A stretch of 64,000 nucleotides of DNA, taken from a virus (Duplodnaviria; Heunggongvirae; Uroviricota; Caudoviricetes). A model generated the notes under the pieces. That model ran no database searches and was not told the origin of the DNA. It saw only the letters and a list, made by a program, of their open reading frames with translations. Shown here one piece after another: positions 24,501 through 37,700 of the stretch; the stretch's first letter is position 1, and the number at the start of each line of letters is the position of its first letter. A program made the position numbers and the translations under genes. The stretch is from positions 68,857-132,856 of IMG/VR virus record IMGVR_UViG_3300021254_000022; one strand, 5' to 3'.

Positions 24501-27500
24501 TATTCATCAAGACCAATTGCAATAACAGGTCTTAATCCTCTCATGGCATATGAATCAAAAATCTGACCATTACATTCGTATGCACCAGTAATATTTTCAT
24601 AAGATAAACTCTTAACAATTTTATCAGATCCAGAAACCTAAAGACCTCTTAAGATACGATAAGTATTAAGAATATCTTCATAGAAAATTTCATAAAAATT
24701 ATTCCATAATACAGATCCAGGAGTAGAGAATAGTCCATCCTTTGTAACATCTGCATCATAATCCCACAGATATGCACCAGAGTTGTTTAAACCTAATTGA
24801 GTATCAATATCATAGAATGTTGGATACCAAATATACTCGCCGCCGGCTTCATGTGGACCCCAAGTACTCATCATCACGTTCTTACCACGAGAGTCATAAC
24901 ATAATAATAATTCAGTCATAATAAAATAGATAGCGCAGTAATGTTTATCTAAATGTTTAGAAAATTCATTACGGAATTTTTCAGTACGATAACCAATACT
25001 ATCTTTAGTAAATCTTGTAATAAAACCGCCGCCTGAAGCTGGAGTTGAAGTTGCTCCATCGACTCCAGTATAATTAATTGATGTAGGATAATCAACATAT
25101 TCTACTTCTTCTTTTGAGATTGTAACATCTCCAGTTGATTTATCTAAAACAGGTTGACGAATAATAATATTTCTTAATTCTCCTGTTTCATCATCAATTA
25201 ATTTTGCTGTTCTATCAGTAGAGTCTAACCAATAAAATAAACGTTCTAAGTTATAATATCTTTGACGTACAAAGTGATTTTTCTGTGCATTAGTTGTGCC
25301 GATGACATCAATGATTTCTTGATCTGTAGTAGTACCATCATACTTACCTGTTGCACCAATCGCATCAATTTCATCGTCATATGCACTATATCTATATTCA
25401 AAATGTTGCATCATTTCAAGACGATCATCATAACCAGCCTAAGTTGTACCAAAACCAGTTTCTCTCGCCGCGGCATCAGGGAATCTCCAAGAAGTCCAGT
25501 CACCTTGGTTATCAGAAAGTTCCCAACATTCAGCAATCTTTTTAATTGTTTTACCTGTTGCAGCATTTATTTCACCACTTGTATATCCATAATATTCATT
25601 TGAACTTTTATCCAAATTCATATTATAACGACCGATATATTCATAAACGCTTCCTGCATCTGTTGGATTTTGAGAAGGATCTGCATATTCATGAAATACC
25701 AATAATGGGAATCCATATACAGAAGTTCTCATAGCACTTGCACTAAAGCCCTAATCTTCAAGAGGATGCTTTAAATATAATGGATGTTTTAAATTACCCA
25801 TTAAGTTAGCAAAACCTGTATTATAAGATCCAGAAGATTCCATATAGTCAATTTTCATTGTAAAGACATTAGTTCCAATATCTTCATTATCCATATGGAA
25901 AGTAGAACTTAAAACTTTATATAATTCTTTTAATCTATTTTCTTCTGCTTTAACTCTAGCTTCATATTCAGCAGTACGTTGAGCGAATAATTCATCACTT
26001 TCATTCTCTCCTTTTTCTATTGGAGGAACTAAAATATTAATATCACAATATTGAGGATCAATTGCTTTATTAGTAGTTTTATCAAAATACCATTTTTGAG
26101 TCATTAATTGACCTTTTAATGGACCATGAGCATATTTCCATTTCTTAGCTTTTTTATATTTAGTCTTATAATTACGTCTAGGATATCCTTGAGATGAAGT
26201 TCCTTGAACGTCAATATCAACACTTTCTGCGGTAAAAGAAGGACAATGTGTATAATAATACCATTCATCAATTTCACCTGCATCTAAAGCTGCATCCAAA
26301 GGAGTATTAACAAATTTTACAGAAACTTTACGTTTATCTCCTTTATAATATGGAAGAGTTTCACGATTCTTATCATCTAAAACTGTAACTTTCCATGTCA
26401 TATAAGGCATTGTCGGCTCTTCTGGATGTTGTTTATTATATTCAACTAATTTATCATAGCTTAAAACATATGGATTAGTAGTTAATGTTAATTGATTTTG
26501 ATCATATCTACTAATATCATGTAAATCAGATAGATAATTGTGAATAACTTGAGGCATTGTTAAACCAGAAGTATAAACACGAATTCTATATAAATCTAAA
26601 TCACAATAAGTTGAATTAAATACTAAGTCACTTGCGATTGTAAATGAAGGTGAAGCAGAAGTTAATGGAGGTAATGTTGTAGCACCTGATAAAATACCAT
26701 TCAAATAAATGTATACTAAGCTATCATCTGCTGAAATAACAAATCCAATATTAATAACTTCATCTTCTTTATAACGAACACTAACAAGTTTTTCTGGAGA
26801 TTGGAAAAATGCTTCTTGAGTACCAATAACAAAGCCTTCACCATTAGCATTTAACCATTTACAGATAACACCTGTTGTAATATTAGTTTCTTGAATTGTT
26901 TTTGCATCATTCATCCAAGGAGAACCATAATCATCAAAAAGAACTTCATATCTTGGTTCACCTTCTGGAATATTTTCATTCAAACGTTCAATTTCTTTTA
27001 GTGTTAAGCCATCAGTTTCAGCTTTATGTTCAACGCCTTGTTTATCTTTATAAAAGTATGTTGGAATTGTTGTAACTAATGTTGAATACTTTTGAACATT
27101 TCTTACGCGGAAACGAACTTCAAAACTATAATTACGCTGTCTACCTTGATTAAGAGTAATTCCTCCTGTAGGCATTGGAATTGTTACTTGTGCTCCATTA
27201 GCTACAGAAAGATAAGAACCATTACTATAATCTTTTGAACCTGGTTCTGGAGATATCCAACCATTATTAGCCCAGTTGAATCCTTCCAAAATCGCATTAG
27301 TTGTTCTTGAATCTGTTTCACTTATCCACTTTGTTCTAGTAGATAATAATTCAGAAGGTGAACGACCTGCCGTAGAAAAGTTCATCATTAAACTATATTC
27401 ATCTTCAAGCCCTAAATCTCTTGAGCCTTCTGTCGTAACAAAAATATCTATTCCTTTTGAAGCTAATCCACTAGCAATAGACAATCTGTTATTACCAACT

Positions 27501-28771
27501 TCATAAATTGAAGAAATATCCCAATAAGCCCAATTAGAAGTACTATATTCAACTTCTAATTCTGAAATTTGCATACCATTTTTAAATAATAATACTGAAG
27601 ATTTACGTTGATTTTGAACATCTTCAGGATTATAAACCATGAAAGGAATAGAAGCATTTTCATAGTTAATTACAGTTTTATCATATTTTCCTAACCAAAT
27701 AACAGGAGTATTTTCTTCTGGATCAATCCAAGCTGCCTCAAAAGAAATCTTATCTGATTCCAAAGTATTACCACTAATAGTAGCACTAACACTTAAATCA
27801 ATTTTATGTACACCATGAGAAAGATTTAATTCTCTATGGTTAACAGTAACAGTACGATCTTTATTATATTCTTGAGCATCAATAGTCCTACTCATTGAAG
27901 GAGCTTCCACTCCATCCACATAAGCATGTAATGTTTCAGTAATACCTTGACCTCCAATAGGAATGTAATGTAATGTTAAACGAATACCACTGTCATCCAT
28001 AATAATAGCTGGTATATATTCATCTTCAGTTGTCTTTTTAATTCCCATTTCAACAACTCTAATACCAGTTACTCGTTTAAATGGAGGTGTTGTCATTGTA
28101 CTATTATCCGCTGTTGCCGTAACAACCATGGTGATACTTTGATTTAAAGGCAAGAAACTCAAATCTAGTAAATATGGCTCTCCACTTTCAACATGATTTG
28201 CAACACGGCTATCAGTATATCCACCTTGGCCAGTAAATTCAAATGAAAGGGTTACATAAGGATCTGTTGTTGAAGTTGCTGTAACTGCAACATTATGTGT
28301 TTTTCCATAAATTAAAGTTTGAGAGCTTGCTAAAGTATCAGAGTCTACGACGACAGTTAAATCTGGCTTATAGCCACCGCCACCGCCTTCACCGCCGCCA
28401 CCAGATCCACTGATAGCAATTCTTGTACAAGTATAAGTTCCTTGAGCATTATTAACACTTACAATTTTATAAAATGCTCCATCTGAAGTATTTATAATTA
28501 AATCTTCTTCTTTAAGTGTAACACCTTCTTCAGTAATTGCACTCTGATTTAAAATATAAAATCCAAGGCCATCTGCGTCTTGAGGAACTTCCGCTTGCTG
28601 TGCATAATATAAAGATACTCCAGATCCACCGACTGGAATACGCTTTTCTTCTGCATCTAAATAAATTTTACCAGAATCTGAAGCAAAATAAACCCAACCT
28701 TCATTATGTCCGGTTGACAGAATCTAAGCTTCAGTACCATATACTGGTCTAAATTTAGTTTGAGTTGTCAT
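21533..28771 (-). CDS. Giant virion-associated protein (2412 aa): LamG-like domain, CotH-like kinase-fold region, leucine-rich repeats and C-terminal BspA-type LRR
   Basis: Five track ORFs share one frame and are joined by TAGs at 28724, 25751, 25439, 24638 and 23351. ATG at 28771 has a GGAG RBS. CotH-like motifs VQGTSSQGYPRRNYK, KIDYMESSGSYN, IGRYNMNLDK, DSRGKN and FYDIDTQLG. LRR stretches LEEFRALNT, LKYVQIPASLRYIGKTAF. Confidence 0.75.
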
Positions 28772-28801
28772 GCGGTATCTCCTTTCCATCTTTTTCTATA
28801 T

Positions 28802-28842
28802 AAAAAACAAAAAAGCGAGAGAGAAATGAATTTCCCTCTCGC
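28802..28842 (-). terminator. Terminator downstream of the 609-aa gene
   Basis: Minus strand gcgagagggaaa-ttca-tttctctctcgc followed by ttttttgtttttt. Confidence 0.7.
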
Positions 28843-28887
28843 TCTCCATCTCTCTATTGTAAATTGTGTTTTATTTTAAAACTATTG

Positions 28888-30717
28888 TTAGAAGCTGCCC
28901 CAAATCATTTCGATTTTTAAGCCTTTAACAGTTGCAGATGAATTTGAATCAATAGTTGCACTATCATATTGATTAATTGTTAAAGTTTCACTACTTAAAC
29001 CGAAGCGATCATGTTCAGTTGTTGCAGCTTTATTATAAGCAGTTTTTTGATCTAATTTTAAATCAATAATACCACTGTTTACTTTATTTTTTGTATAACT
29101 ACTTGCAGCAGGTGTAAGAGTAACATCTGTTGTAGTATCATATAATTCATATGGAGTTGTTGTTACTGCTGTGATATGTCCAGTAGCATCAGTACTAATT
29201 CCTGTAATTACTGGAATTGTTACTGTTGATGCAACATATTTATTACTTCCAGCATTCGCAATAGCACCACCATCTGAATAAGTCGTATTAGCAGTTGTAT
29301 TAGTTCTAGTTACGGGATCATGACTAACAACAAAAGTTTTTGAAGCTCCATTAGATCCTGAAAGAGTAGATTTAGTTTCAGTAATCGTAATATCTGCCGC
29401 TCCAGTAGTCGTATGTCCTTGAACTTTAATTAAACCTGTATTTTGACCATTTACATCTTGTAAATATAATCCATTAGTAGTATCTACAAATTTATATGAT
29501 GTATCTGTATCTGCAGTATCACGGACAATATCAAATGTCAATTTTGAAGGATCAATATATCCATTACTATTTTCTGTACCATCACTACTTCTTGCGATTA
29601 ATAATGAACGAGGATCTACATAAATTGTTTCATTTGTAATTGGATCCGTATAAGATGTTTGATAATCATCAGCAACTAAGAAAGAATCTCCAATAGATAC
29701 ATTTAATGTAGTTGAATCTTTCTTAATTGTAACTTTTCCACCAGTAACGCCAATAGTTGTTGCTCCAGTACCAGTTGGGCCTAAAGTACCTCTATATGTC
29801 ATGGCATTAAGTGAAGTCATCTTGTTATCAATTTCAGTTCTAGTATAAACTGGTAAAGTTGCAACACCAGAATCAAAATGTACATCTTGTGGAGTTTGTC
29901 CCACTCTTACTATTGGATCTGTAGCATCTTGAACTGTTTTACCATAATTATCAGTAATAGCAATATTAAAGCCATTTCCTTGTGCTGCAGTGCGTTCAGT
30001 AATTGCTAAAGTATTATTTTCAGCATTTAAAGTTGTAATAGTTACTGTATCACCAGAGGCTTCAATTGTTGCATTACTATTACCTGGTACTAATGTTACT
30101 TTACTATCATGTGTAGTATTAGCAGAATCTAATTTAATATCAACTCCACCACCACCAGTTTTTGTTGCTGTACTTAAAGTATAAGTATCACCAGCTACAG
30201 TAATCATAGGAACAGTATAATCACTACCATTAACTGTAACTGTCGTTGTAGTTTGAGTAACAGTATTACCATTGTCACCTTTAATTACAAAACGTCCAAT
30301 TTTTGTTTGACCGTTTGATTGAGCAATTGAATCTGCTACTCCAACTTGATTTGTAGCAACTTCCCAACTAGAAAATGTATTAGATGAAATGGTTGTATCA
30401 GTAAATGTATTTACTTGAACCCATTGTTGCCCATTATATACACATAAAATATTTTCTGCGGCTGCATAATAAAAGGTTCCTGTAATAGACTCAGATGTAA
30501 TTGGTAAATGATTTGTATCTGCTACTGTAATAACACCTTCATTAACAGAAGAAAGTGATGTATCTGAATTACCAATATATAATCGATGCGTATCACTTGT
30601 CAAATAAAAAGTACCATGAGTGGCACCTGCACTACTACCTGCAGCAAGTAAAAGATCTACGGCTGCCTGAGTACCGACTTTAAAACCTATATTTGCACCT
30701 GAATTAACACTTGCCAT
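28888..30717 (-). CDS. Thr/Ser/Asp-rich tail fibre-like structural protein (609 aa)
   Basis: Intact, TAG-free ORF with an AGGAG RBS. N-terminal FKVGT...GTFYLTSDTHRLYIG domain is shared with neighbouring fibre genes; one DxxGH motif. Confidence 0.7.
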   Translation of the reverse strand: MASVNSGANIGFKVGTQAAVDLLLAAGSSAGATHGTFYLTSDTHRLYIGNSDTSLSSVNEGVITVADTNHLPITSESITGTFYYAAAENILCVYNGQQWVQVNTFTDTTISSNTFSSWEVATNQVGVADSIAQSNGQTKIGRFVIKGDNGNTVTQTTTTVTVNGSDYTVPMITVAGDTYTLSTATKTGGGGVDIKLDSANTTHDSKVTLVPGNSNATIEASGDTVTITTLNAENNTLAITERTAAQGNGFNIAITDNYGKTVQDATDPIVRVGQTPQDVHFDSGVATLPVYTRTEIDNKMTSLNAMTYRGTLGPTGTGATTIGVTGGKVTIKKDSTTLNVSIGDSFLVADDYQTSYTDPITNETIYVDPRSLLIARSSDGTENSNGYIDPSKLTFDIVRDTADTDTSYKFVDTTNGLYLQDVNGQNTGLIKVQGHTTTGAADITITETKSTLSGSNGASKTFVVSHDPVTRTNTTANTTYSDGGAIANAGSNKYVASTVTIPVITGISTDATGHITAVTTTPYELYDTTTDVTLTPAASSYTKNKVNSGIIDLKLDQKTAYNKAATTEHDRFGLSSETLTINQYDSATIDSNSSATVKGLKIEMIWGSF

Positions 30718-30736
30718 ATATCTTTATCTCCTTTCC

Positions 30737-31627
30737 TCAAGATTCTACAAGGTCTTGCCATCTCAATTTATTATCAATTGCTTGGACATCTGTCTGCAAA
30801 GTAGTAATTTGAGTAGTATGTGTTTGAACAGTACTTTTTAACCGACCTATATCTAAAATTGCATCCGTCATATTATCGACTAAACCAGTATGCTCTGCAG
30901 TTCCAAAAACTTCATAATTTAATCGACTAATATCATAAAGAACGCCTGCAGTATTTCCTGTACCATCACTACCATAAATATCGGTATGCATAGTTGATAC
31001 AGTATTTTGTAATGCAGTAATATCTTGCATGTCTGGACGTAATGCAATCCAATCTGCAATTTCTTTTAAAGTATCAAAAGTTTCAGGAGCACTGGCAACA
31101 ATTTTTGCAGTCTCTTCAGCTGCAATATCTCTAATTGTTTTACCAGTCTAATCTGTACCTTTTAATCTATTTAATTCTGTGGTAAGAGCAATAGTAGGAT
31201 CTGCCCAAGTCGCATCTCCTCGTAAAAACAAATTCTATTGCCCATGCTATGGAGATGGAACTAAACCTGCAACGCCATCATCATTTTCAGTTGCACCGGT
31301 CATAACTTGAATAACTTGTGACAAAACGTAAGATAAAGGCTTAGGTACCCATCCATTATTTGCTGAATCATAAACTAATAAAGAATTATTCTAAAGAGTA
31401 ACGCCATTAGAATATAATATATCTTCTAAATCAGCTAAAGTTGTTGCTATATTTACGGTACCATCACTAATAAGTTTTGAACCTAAATATAATTTACCTT
31501 TAGTAGCGCCTGTCTCTGCAATAAAATAAAGAGTATCACCATCTTTATCGCCTAAGCTATTCCAAGCCGCAGGAGTCCCACGCAAAAATTTTACATAACC
31601 ACCACTTTGTAATGTATAATTTGGCAT
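30737..31627 (-). CDS. Short tail fibre/collar-like protein (296 aa, four TAG=Gln)
   Basis: Track ORFs 31391..31627 and 30737..31030 are in frame and joined through TAGs. Fibre motifs GLVPSP(Q)HGQ(Q)NLFLRGDATW and APETFDTLKEIADWI; C-terminal coiled coil; TGA stop. Confidence 0.75.
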
Positions 31628-31689
31628 TAAAAAGTTACCTCCTTTGTGCTCTTCTTTATATTATTTTAAAATTAGAAAGAATAAATTAA

Positions 31690-31724
31690 AATAGCTTGGC
31701 CTCAATTAAGAGGCCTAAGCTATT
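31690..31724 (-). terminator. Stem-loop terminator after the 2252-aa gene
   Basis: aatagcttggcctc-aattaa-gaggcctaagctatt with one bulge. Confidence 0.6.
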
Positions 31725-34700
31725 AAGGATTTTCTGGTTCGTTTTCTTCTTCTGGATATTCTAATAAACTAATAAGATTTTCTTTATCAGATAAAGGTAT
31801 TACTGTATCTGGAATTAAAGGAATTAAAGTTCTAATAGTATTTTCTAAAACTTCAATTCTATTTATTAAATCTAATGTATTAGCCTATTTCTAATTTCCA
31901 GCAGAAGTATAAGTGAAAGTATCAGTTTTCTTATAATAATTATCTTCTAAATCACTAATCTAATTACACTCTATTTCTATTGGCTCAAAAGTAGCAGATA
32001 CCTATCCATCAACTTCACTTAATCCTGTTATTGTAGAATTAGCGCCAGGAGTTCCAGTAAAGGTTCCTCCATCTAAACCTTCTATTTTAGCATCGACTTC
32101 TGTTTCGGTATAATATCTACTATCAAAATTAGTTGTTTCATTTACAGTAACCTAATTTGCTGTAATGGCAATATCTCCAAAAGTAGAAGTAGTAATCTTT
32201 CCATCCTAAATAGTAATACCTGTTAAAGTTTTATTCATATCAGAATTAGAAAGAGAAGAATCTAATCCTTCTATTGCTGTTTGAATAGCAACATCTCTTG
32301 CGCCAGTCGTAGCTGTAGTTTCATCATAAATTTTTTTCTATAATCTAGCAAAAGCTTCATTTATAGTAATTCCAGCTGCTATATCATCATTTGATTGATT
32401 AGTAGTATAACTAAAATTAGTTAATTGTAATTCACTAACATTCTATTGAGTATATTCAAATGCTCCTGTTGTAGCATTTAAAGTAATACCAGTTAAAACA
32501 TTTGCTACTGAAGTATTATTTGCATTTAAGGCTAATGAAAGTGTAGGAAGCGTAATTTCATATTCTGTTAAAGCTCCAATATGTCCAAATTTATCAGCTT
32601 GTGGATGAACTACTTTAAATTTCCCTCCATGATTTAAAGTAGCATTTGCAGATTGTCCTGCATCATATACATATGATGTTTTATCTGGTTCTGCATGGCC
32701 TATTGTAACTTTATCATTATCTGAATCTCCCGCTATTATTATCCATCTATCTCCTGCTGTAAATGTTACTGTATCATGAGTACATTCCGCTTCAAGAGTA
32801 GAAGAAACTGAAGTTAAAGCAGTAGTATTATTTGTACTTGCCGCTCCAATAGTGATTTTTCCAAAACTATTTGGCATTGTCCAAGTATGAGTATTTAAAC
32901 TTGTTAAATGACCTGCTTCATCTTTAGTAATAGAAATTGTTTCAAAAGTTTTTCCACTAGCTTCATCACTTAAACTGCCAGTAGTTGTTGTTGGATCAAA
33001 ATTATTAGTTAAATGAGAAAATGTTAATGTTTTTGTGTTTTCATCAGCTTTTAATCTAATCCATTTATTTTGTGAAGCAATATTAAGTGTATCTGTAACT
33101 GTTGCAGCTATAATATTATGATTTCCATCTGTATAACCCTATAAATCAACATCTGTAACTCCAACATTATTACTATGAGTAAATGTTTTAAAACTATAAG
33201 GCAATACATAATTATGAGTTTTATATGCTGTTATATGACCTGCATCATCATGAGTTATATCTTTTAAACTAAAAGCCCCATTTGATAAAGAAACATTATT
33301 AAAATCTGTTGCAGTACCATTATTTACATCAGCTTTATCTATAGCTGCCACATAATGATATAATTTAACTGTTCTATCATTCTAATTTACATTAACTTTA
33401 ATCCAAGCATTGCCAGGATTAATTGTTAAAATATCTTGTGTATTTAAAGCTGCAGTAGTTATATTTGAAGTATGCGCTGCTGCAGTGATTGTAGTTGAAC
33501 CATCTGATAATGGATCTCCAGTAGTACCTGTTGTTGTAATAAATTTAAAATTAAAAGGAAGAGTATATACATGATCTTGACGAGATCTAATATGACCCGC
33601 TTCATCATGAGTTATATCTTGAATATTAATTTGATTATTTACATTTTCTACTGTATCACCAATATCAATATTTAAGTCTGTTAATGCTTTTGCCGAAGTA
33701 GTAATTTCTCTTACTAAATGTCCAAAAGTAACAGAATCATCCGTTGTATCTACACTTAATTTCATCCATATATTTGCGGGTTTAAATGTAACTGTATCCT
33801 AAGTATTTTCTGCCGCGATAGTTGCTGCAGTATGAGTTAAATCTGTAACTGCTTCTGACGCTGCGCTAGTTGATACAAATTTAAAACCATATGGTAAAGT
33901 ATAAGTATTAGGATGATCTTCTAACATATGGCCTGCGGCATCCCATACTATATCATGAAGAACAATTTTATCATTATCTGAATTGGAAGTTACATTATCT
34001 GCATTTTTATTAGTTATTCGAGCTTCAGTCTAAGCCGCATTCGGACTATGTAATTTATGTCCTATTGTAAATGAATCATTTGTTGGATTTGCAACAAAAG
34101 CAATCCACTTATTTGCAGCAGTAATAGTCATTAAATCTTGAGTAGTATCTGCAATTAAAATTCCATTAGTTCTTGTGGTTGCAACAGTACTTCCGCTATC
34201 AACTAAATCTGTATCATGATCAACTTCATTAATTAAACTAAAAGCACGATAACTATAAGGTAATGTTTTTGTTTCAATATTGTTACCAACAACATGCCCC
34301 ATTGCATCAACTTTTGGAGTATATAATAATATTTTATTATTATTATCTGTCGGGGTAATTGCTGGATTTATTGAATCATTAGCATTGTTTTCAGAACCTG
34401 CACTTATATAGAAAGGAGTTGCAATGTTCATATTTGAGTTAGAAGTTGTACTTTTTACTGGCTAAAAATTATGATGTAATGTAATTTTTGGATTCCAAAC
34501 ATCACCATTTACATTTAATGTTAGCCATTGCTGACGCATATTTGAAACTTCTTCTACAATAGGATAAATATCAGATTTAACTCCTTTATCAGTAACACCT
34601 GGAGTTAAATCATTTGCATTCTTGACAAAAGGAGCTGTCTAATCTTGCATAGTGCTCCAATCTGCACTTGTAATACGACCATAATCATCAGCAATAGTAA

Positions 34701-37700
34701 TACCTAATGGTTTAACTTTTCCGAAGAATGCTACAATATCATTCATCTTATTAATCATACCATTGGCATTTCTTTCATCTCTAGTATAAAGATCATTTAT
34801 TTCAATGGTACTATTTAATTTAAGAATAAGCCCAATAATTGTATTTAAATTACGAGCAAAACCTTGCATTACTTGTAATTCATATTTTTCGCTTCGTTTA
34901 GCTAAAGTTACTGTTGGAGGAATTAATAATGCATTAGGATTCCAAGCAGACCCTTTCTTTAAAACGCCTGCCTTATCTTCATATACATAATACTATTCTC
35001 TTGTATATAAGGGAATATTATCAGGAATATTATCCGCTGTAACTAGAATATAATCTGCTGGCTAATCAGTAGGATGCCCATCACTATCTTTTTTATAAAT
35101 TATATTTCCCTCAGCATCTGTAACAGGAGTATAATAGGTATGAGATTGATAAAAGTTTATTTCTACTGGCTCTGGATCGAATCCAGGATCAACTAATTCA
35201 AACCATCCTTGTGTAGTAGGATTTCCTGTAGGATTTATAATTTTTTCATAAGTTAATTCATTATTATCTGATTTATAATAATCTTTACCACTTACAACTG
35301 TAGTATCAGAAGTTCTTATATAAATAGGTTCTTTAAAATAGTAATATGGAGCATTATCCGTTGAATATTCTGAATAATTATCAAGTATAATATTTCTTCC
35401 ATCTATATAATGATATATATGAGGAGAATAAAATTCAGTTACTTTTATAATTCCATAAGGTTCAGCATAATTAAAATTAACTGCTGATCTAAATGGAGCG
35501 TTTGGCGCTGGATTAGGATTTGCTCCAAAAACAAAAAATTGATCTTGAGTATCTGCACTAATAGGATCAATTTCACTTAAAGCTTTAACAAGTGAATATC
35601 CAGAAACTAAACCAGTAACAGGATCAAGAATTTGTCTATAAAAAGTATCTGTATAAAAAGCTGTTAAATGATATTTTTCACCCTCATTAATTATTACTTG
35701 ATTATCTGTGACAGGTATTAATTCTACTGTTTTTATGAAATATGTAACACCAGTTCTATAAGCATCATATGAAGGCCCCATAAAATCATAAATGTCTGTA
35801 GTATAAACTCCATCTACAGGTTCTTCTGCTCCATCTTTTAAAGTGCCAATATAGTAAACACCTTTTACATAAGTTTCTGCATTTACTTCAGTCGCACGTT
35901 CCCATCTTGTAATTTTATGATAAAGTTGAGCATTACCATTTTCATCAAGCTCAGCTTGTGTTTCTGCCGGTAAATAATATTCATCATGAGTTGGTTTTGA
36001 CTAACGATCTAAGTAATAAGCTCCATTTTGTTTATAATAATAAACGCCTGGAATATAAATTCCATCAAATAAACCATCTGCATAATCTGTAACTCTTATA
36101 GGATTCTTTAAAATAAAATAATCTCTATTCGGATCTGGAACATCTCCATTTTCAATTAAGAAATCTCTAGTAGAAGTTCTATAAAAATACTTTTTAGGTT
36201 CATATCCATCTGAAAGAGTTACAGGAATTAAATCTCTATTTATATCAATTTCAAAATACTTTTTCTCTGGATGATATTGGAGATCAGAAATATAATCTGC
36301 CATTCGTGGATTCATAGATCCATCTGCATTTAAAGCATATGTACTTCCATTAAAATCTTGATATAAATATCTATTTCCATCAAAAGATTGTAAATTTTCT
36401 TGTAAAGTAAAATCTTCTCCAGTTTCTAATCCTTTTTCATAATAAATAAGAGAAGGATCGTAATCAGTATTATGATTATTATCTTCTAAATAATTTGCCG
36501 CTGGAACATATTCATTAGTCTCAGGATCTATTACATAATAAAGATCTGGAATAAATTGTTCAGGTTTAATATCTGTAACTTGATTATATTGATAAGTTAC
36601 TTGTTCTGGCTCATAAATATATGTTAAATGTTTTCTCATATATTCATTTGTCGTAGAATTAAAATAAATTCTATTTTCATCAAGTGCAGAAATATTTTCC
36701 TATAAACTTTGATTTGAAGCTGGAGTAATAATCATTCCAATTAAATCATGAACAGTATTAATAGCGCCTGAAATTGTATTAACTGCTGCTTTATTATAAC
36801 TATGAAATTCCTAAGAAACAGGATCTTTACCATTCCCCTAACCTACTAAACGTAATCCTCTTCGAGATAATTTTATTTGAGCATCTTCCCAAGCAATATC
36901 TTGATTACGTCTATTTGAAGCAGCAATTGATTCATTTGTTTTTCTACCACCATAAATTAAATCCCACATTTCAGCCACTGCATCACCTAAAGCTGGCAAC
37001 ATTACGCTGAATTCTTGTGTATCTATTTGCGGCACCATATCAATTGAACCATTATGTTGATTATAAACGTGACCACTTTGACCCGAAGCGGTCATTTGAA
37101 TTTCATTTGTATTTTTCCATCCACTTTGGGCAATATTAGCATTATATTTACCAATATTTGCTTGATTAGGATCAATTATATCTAAACTATATGCGACTTT
37201 ATTTGATGAAAAACCATCTTTATTAAAATAGATAGCTGCATCAATATCAAATCCATCTTTAGAGACCATCCATTCACTTGCTTCTGGATTATATTGTTCC
37301 TATTGAATAGAAGTACCAAAATCATTAAAACCAGCTTCTGATGTCGGAAATTCTGCAGTCCATTGCATTTTAACATCAGAAGGATATAATTTTTTATCTA
37401 TCAATGAATTTCTCATTGGCATAGTACTACTATCCCCAGACACTAATCCGTTTGGATGAATATAAGGTCCTACTAAATCAGGATTTGCCGCTTTAATACG
37501 TGCGCCCCAAGATGCTGACATATGCATCAAATAATAAATATTTGTACTGGTTGTATCAAAATGAGGAGATGTAGGAACTATTTTTGGAGCATCTGCCGCT
37601 AATCCAAAAGTAGGAACAACGCTATTTAGTTCAGCAATCATTACATATTTTTCACGACCTGCTGTAAATACTTTTTGCCAAACTGTTGAATCATATCCTC

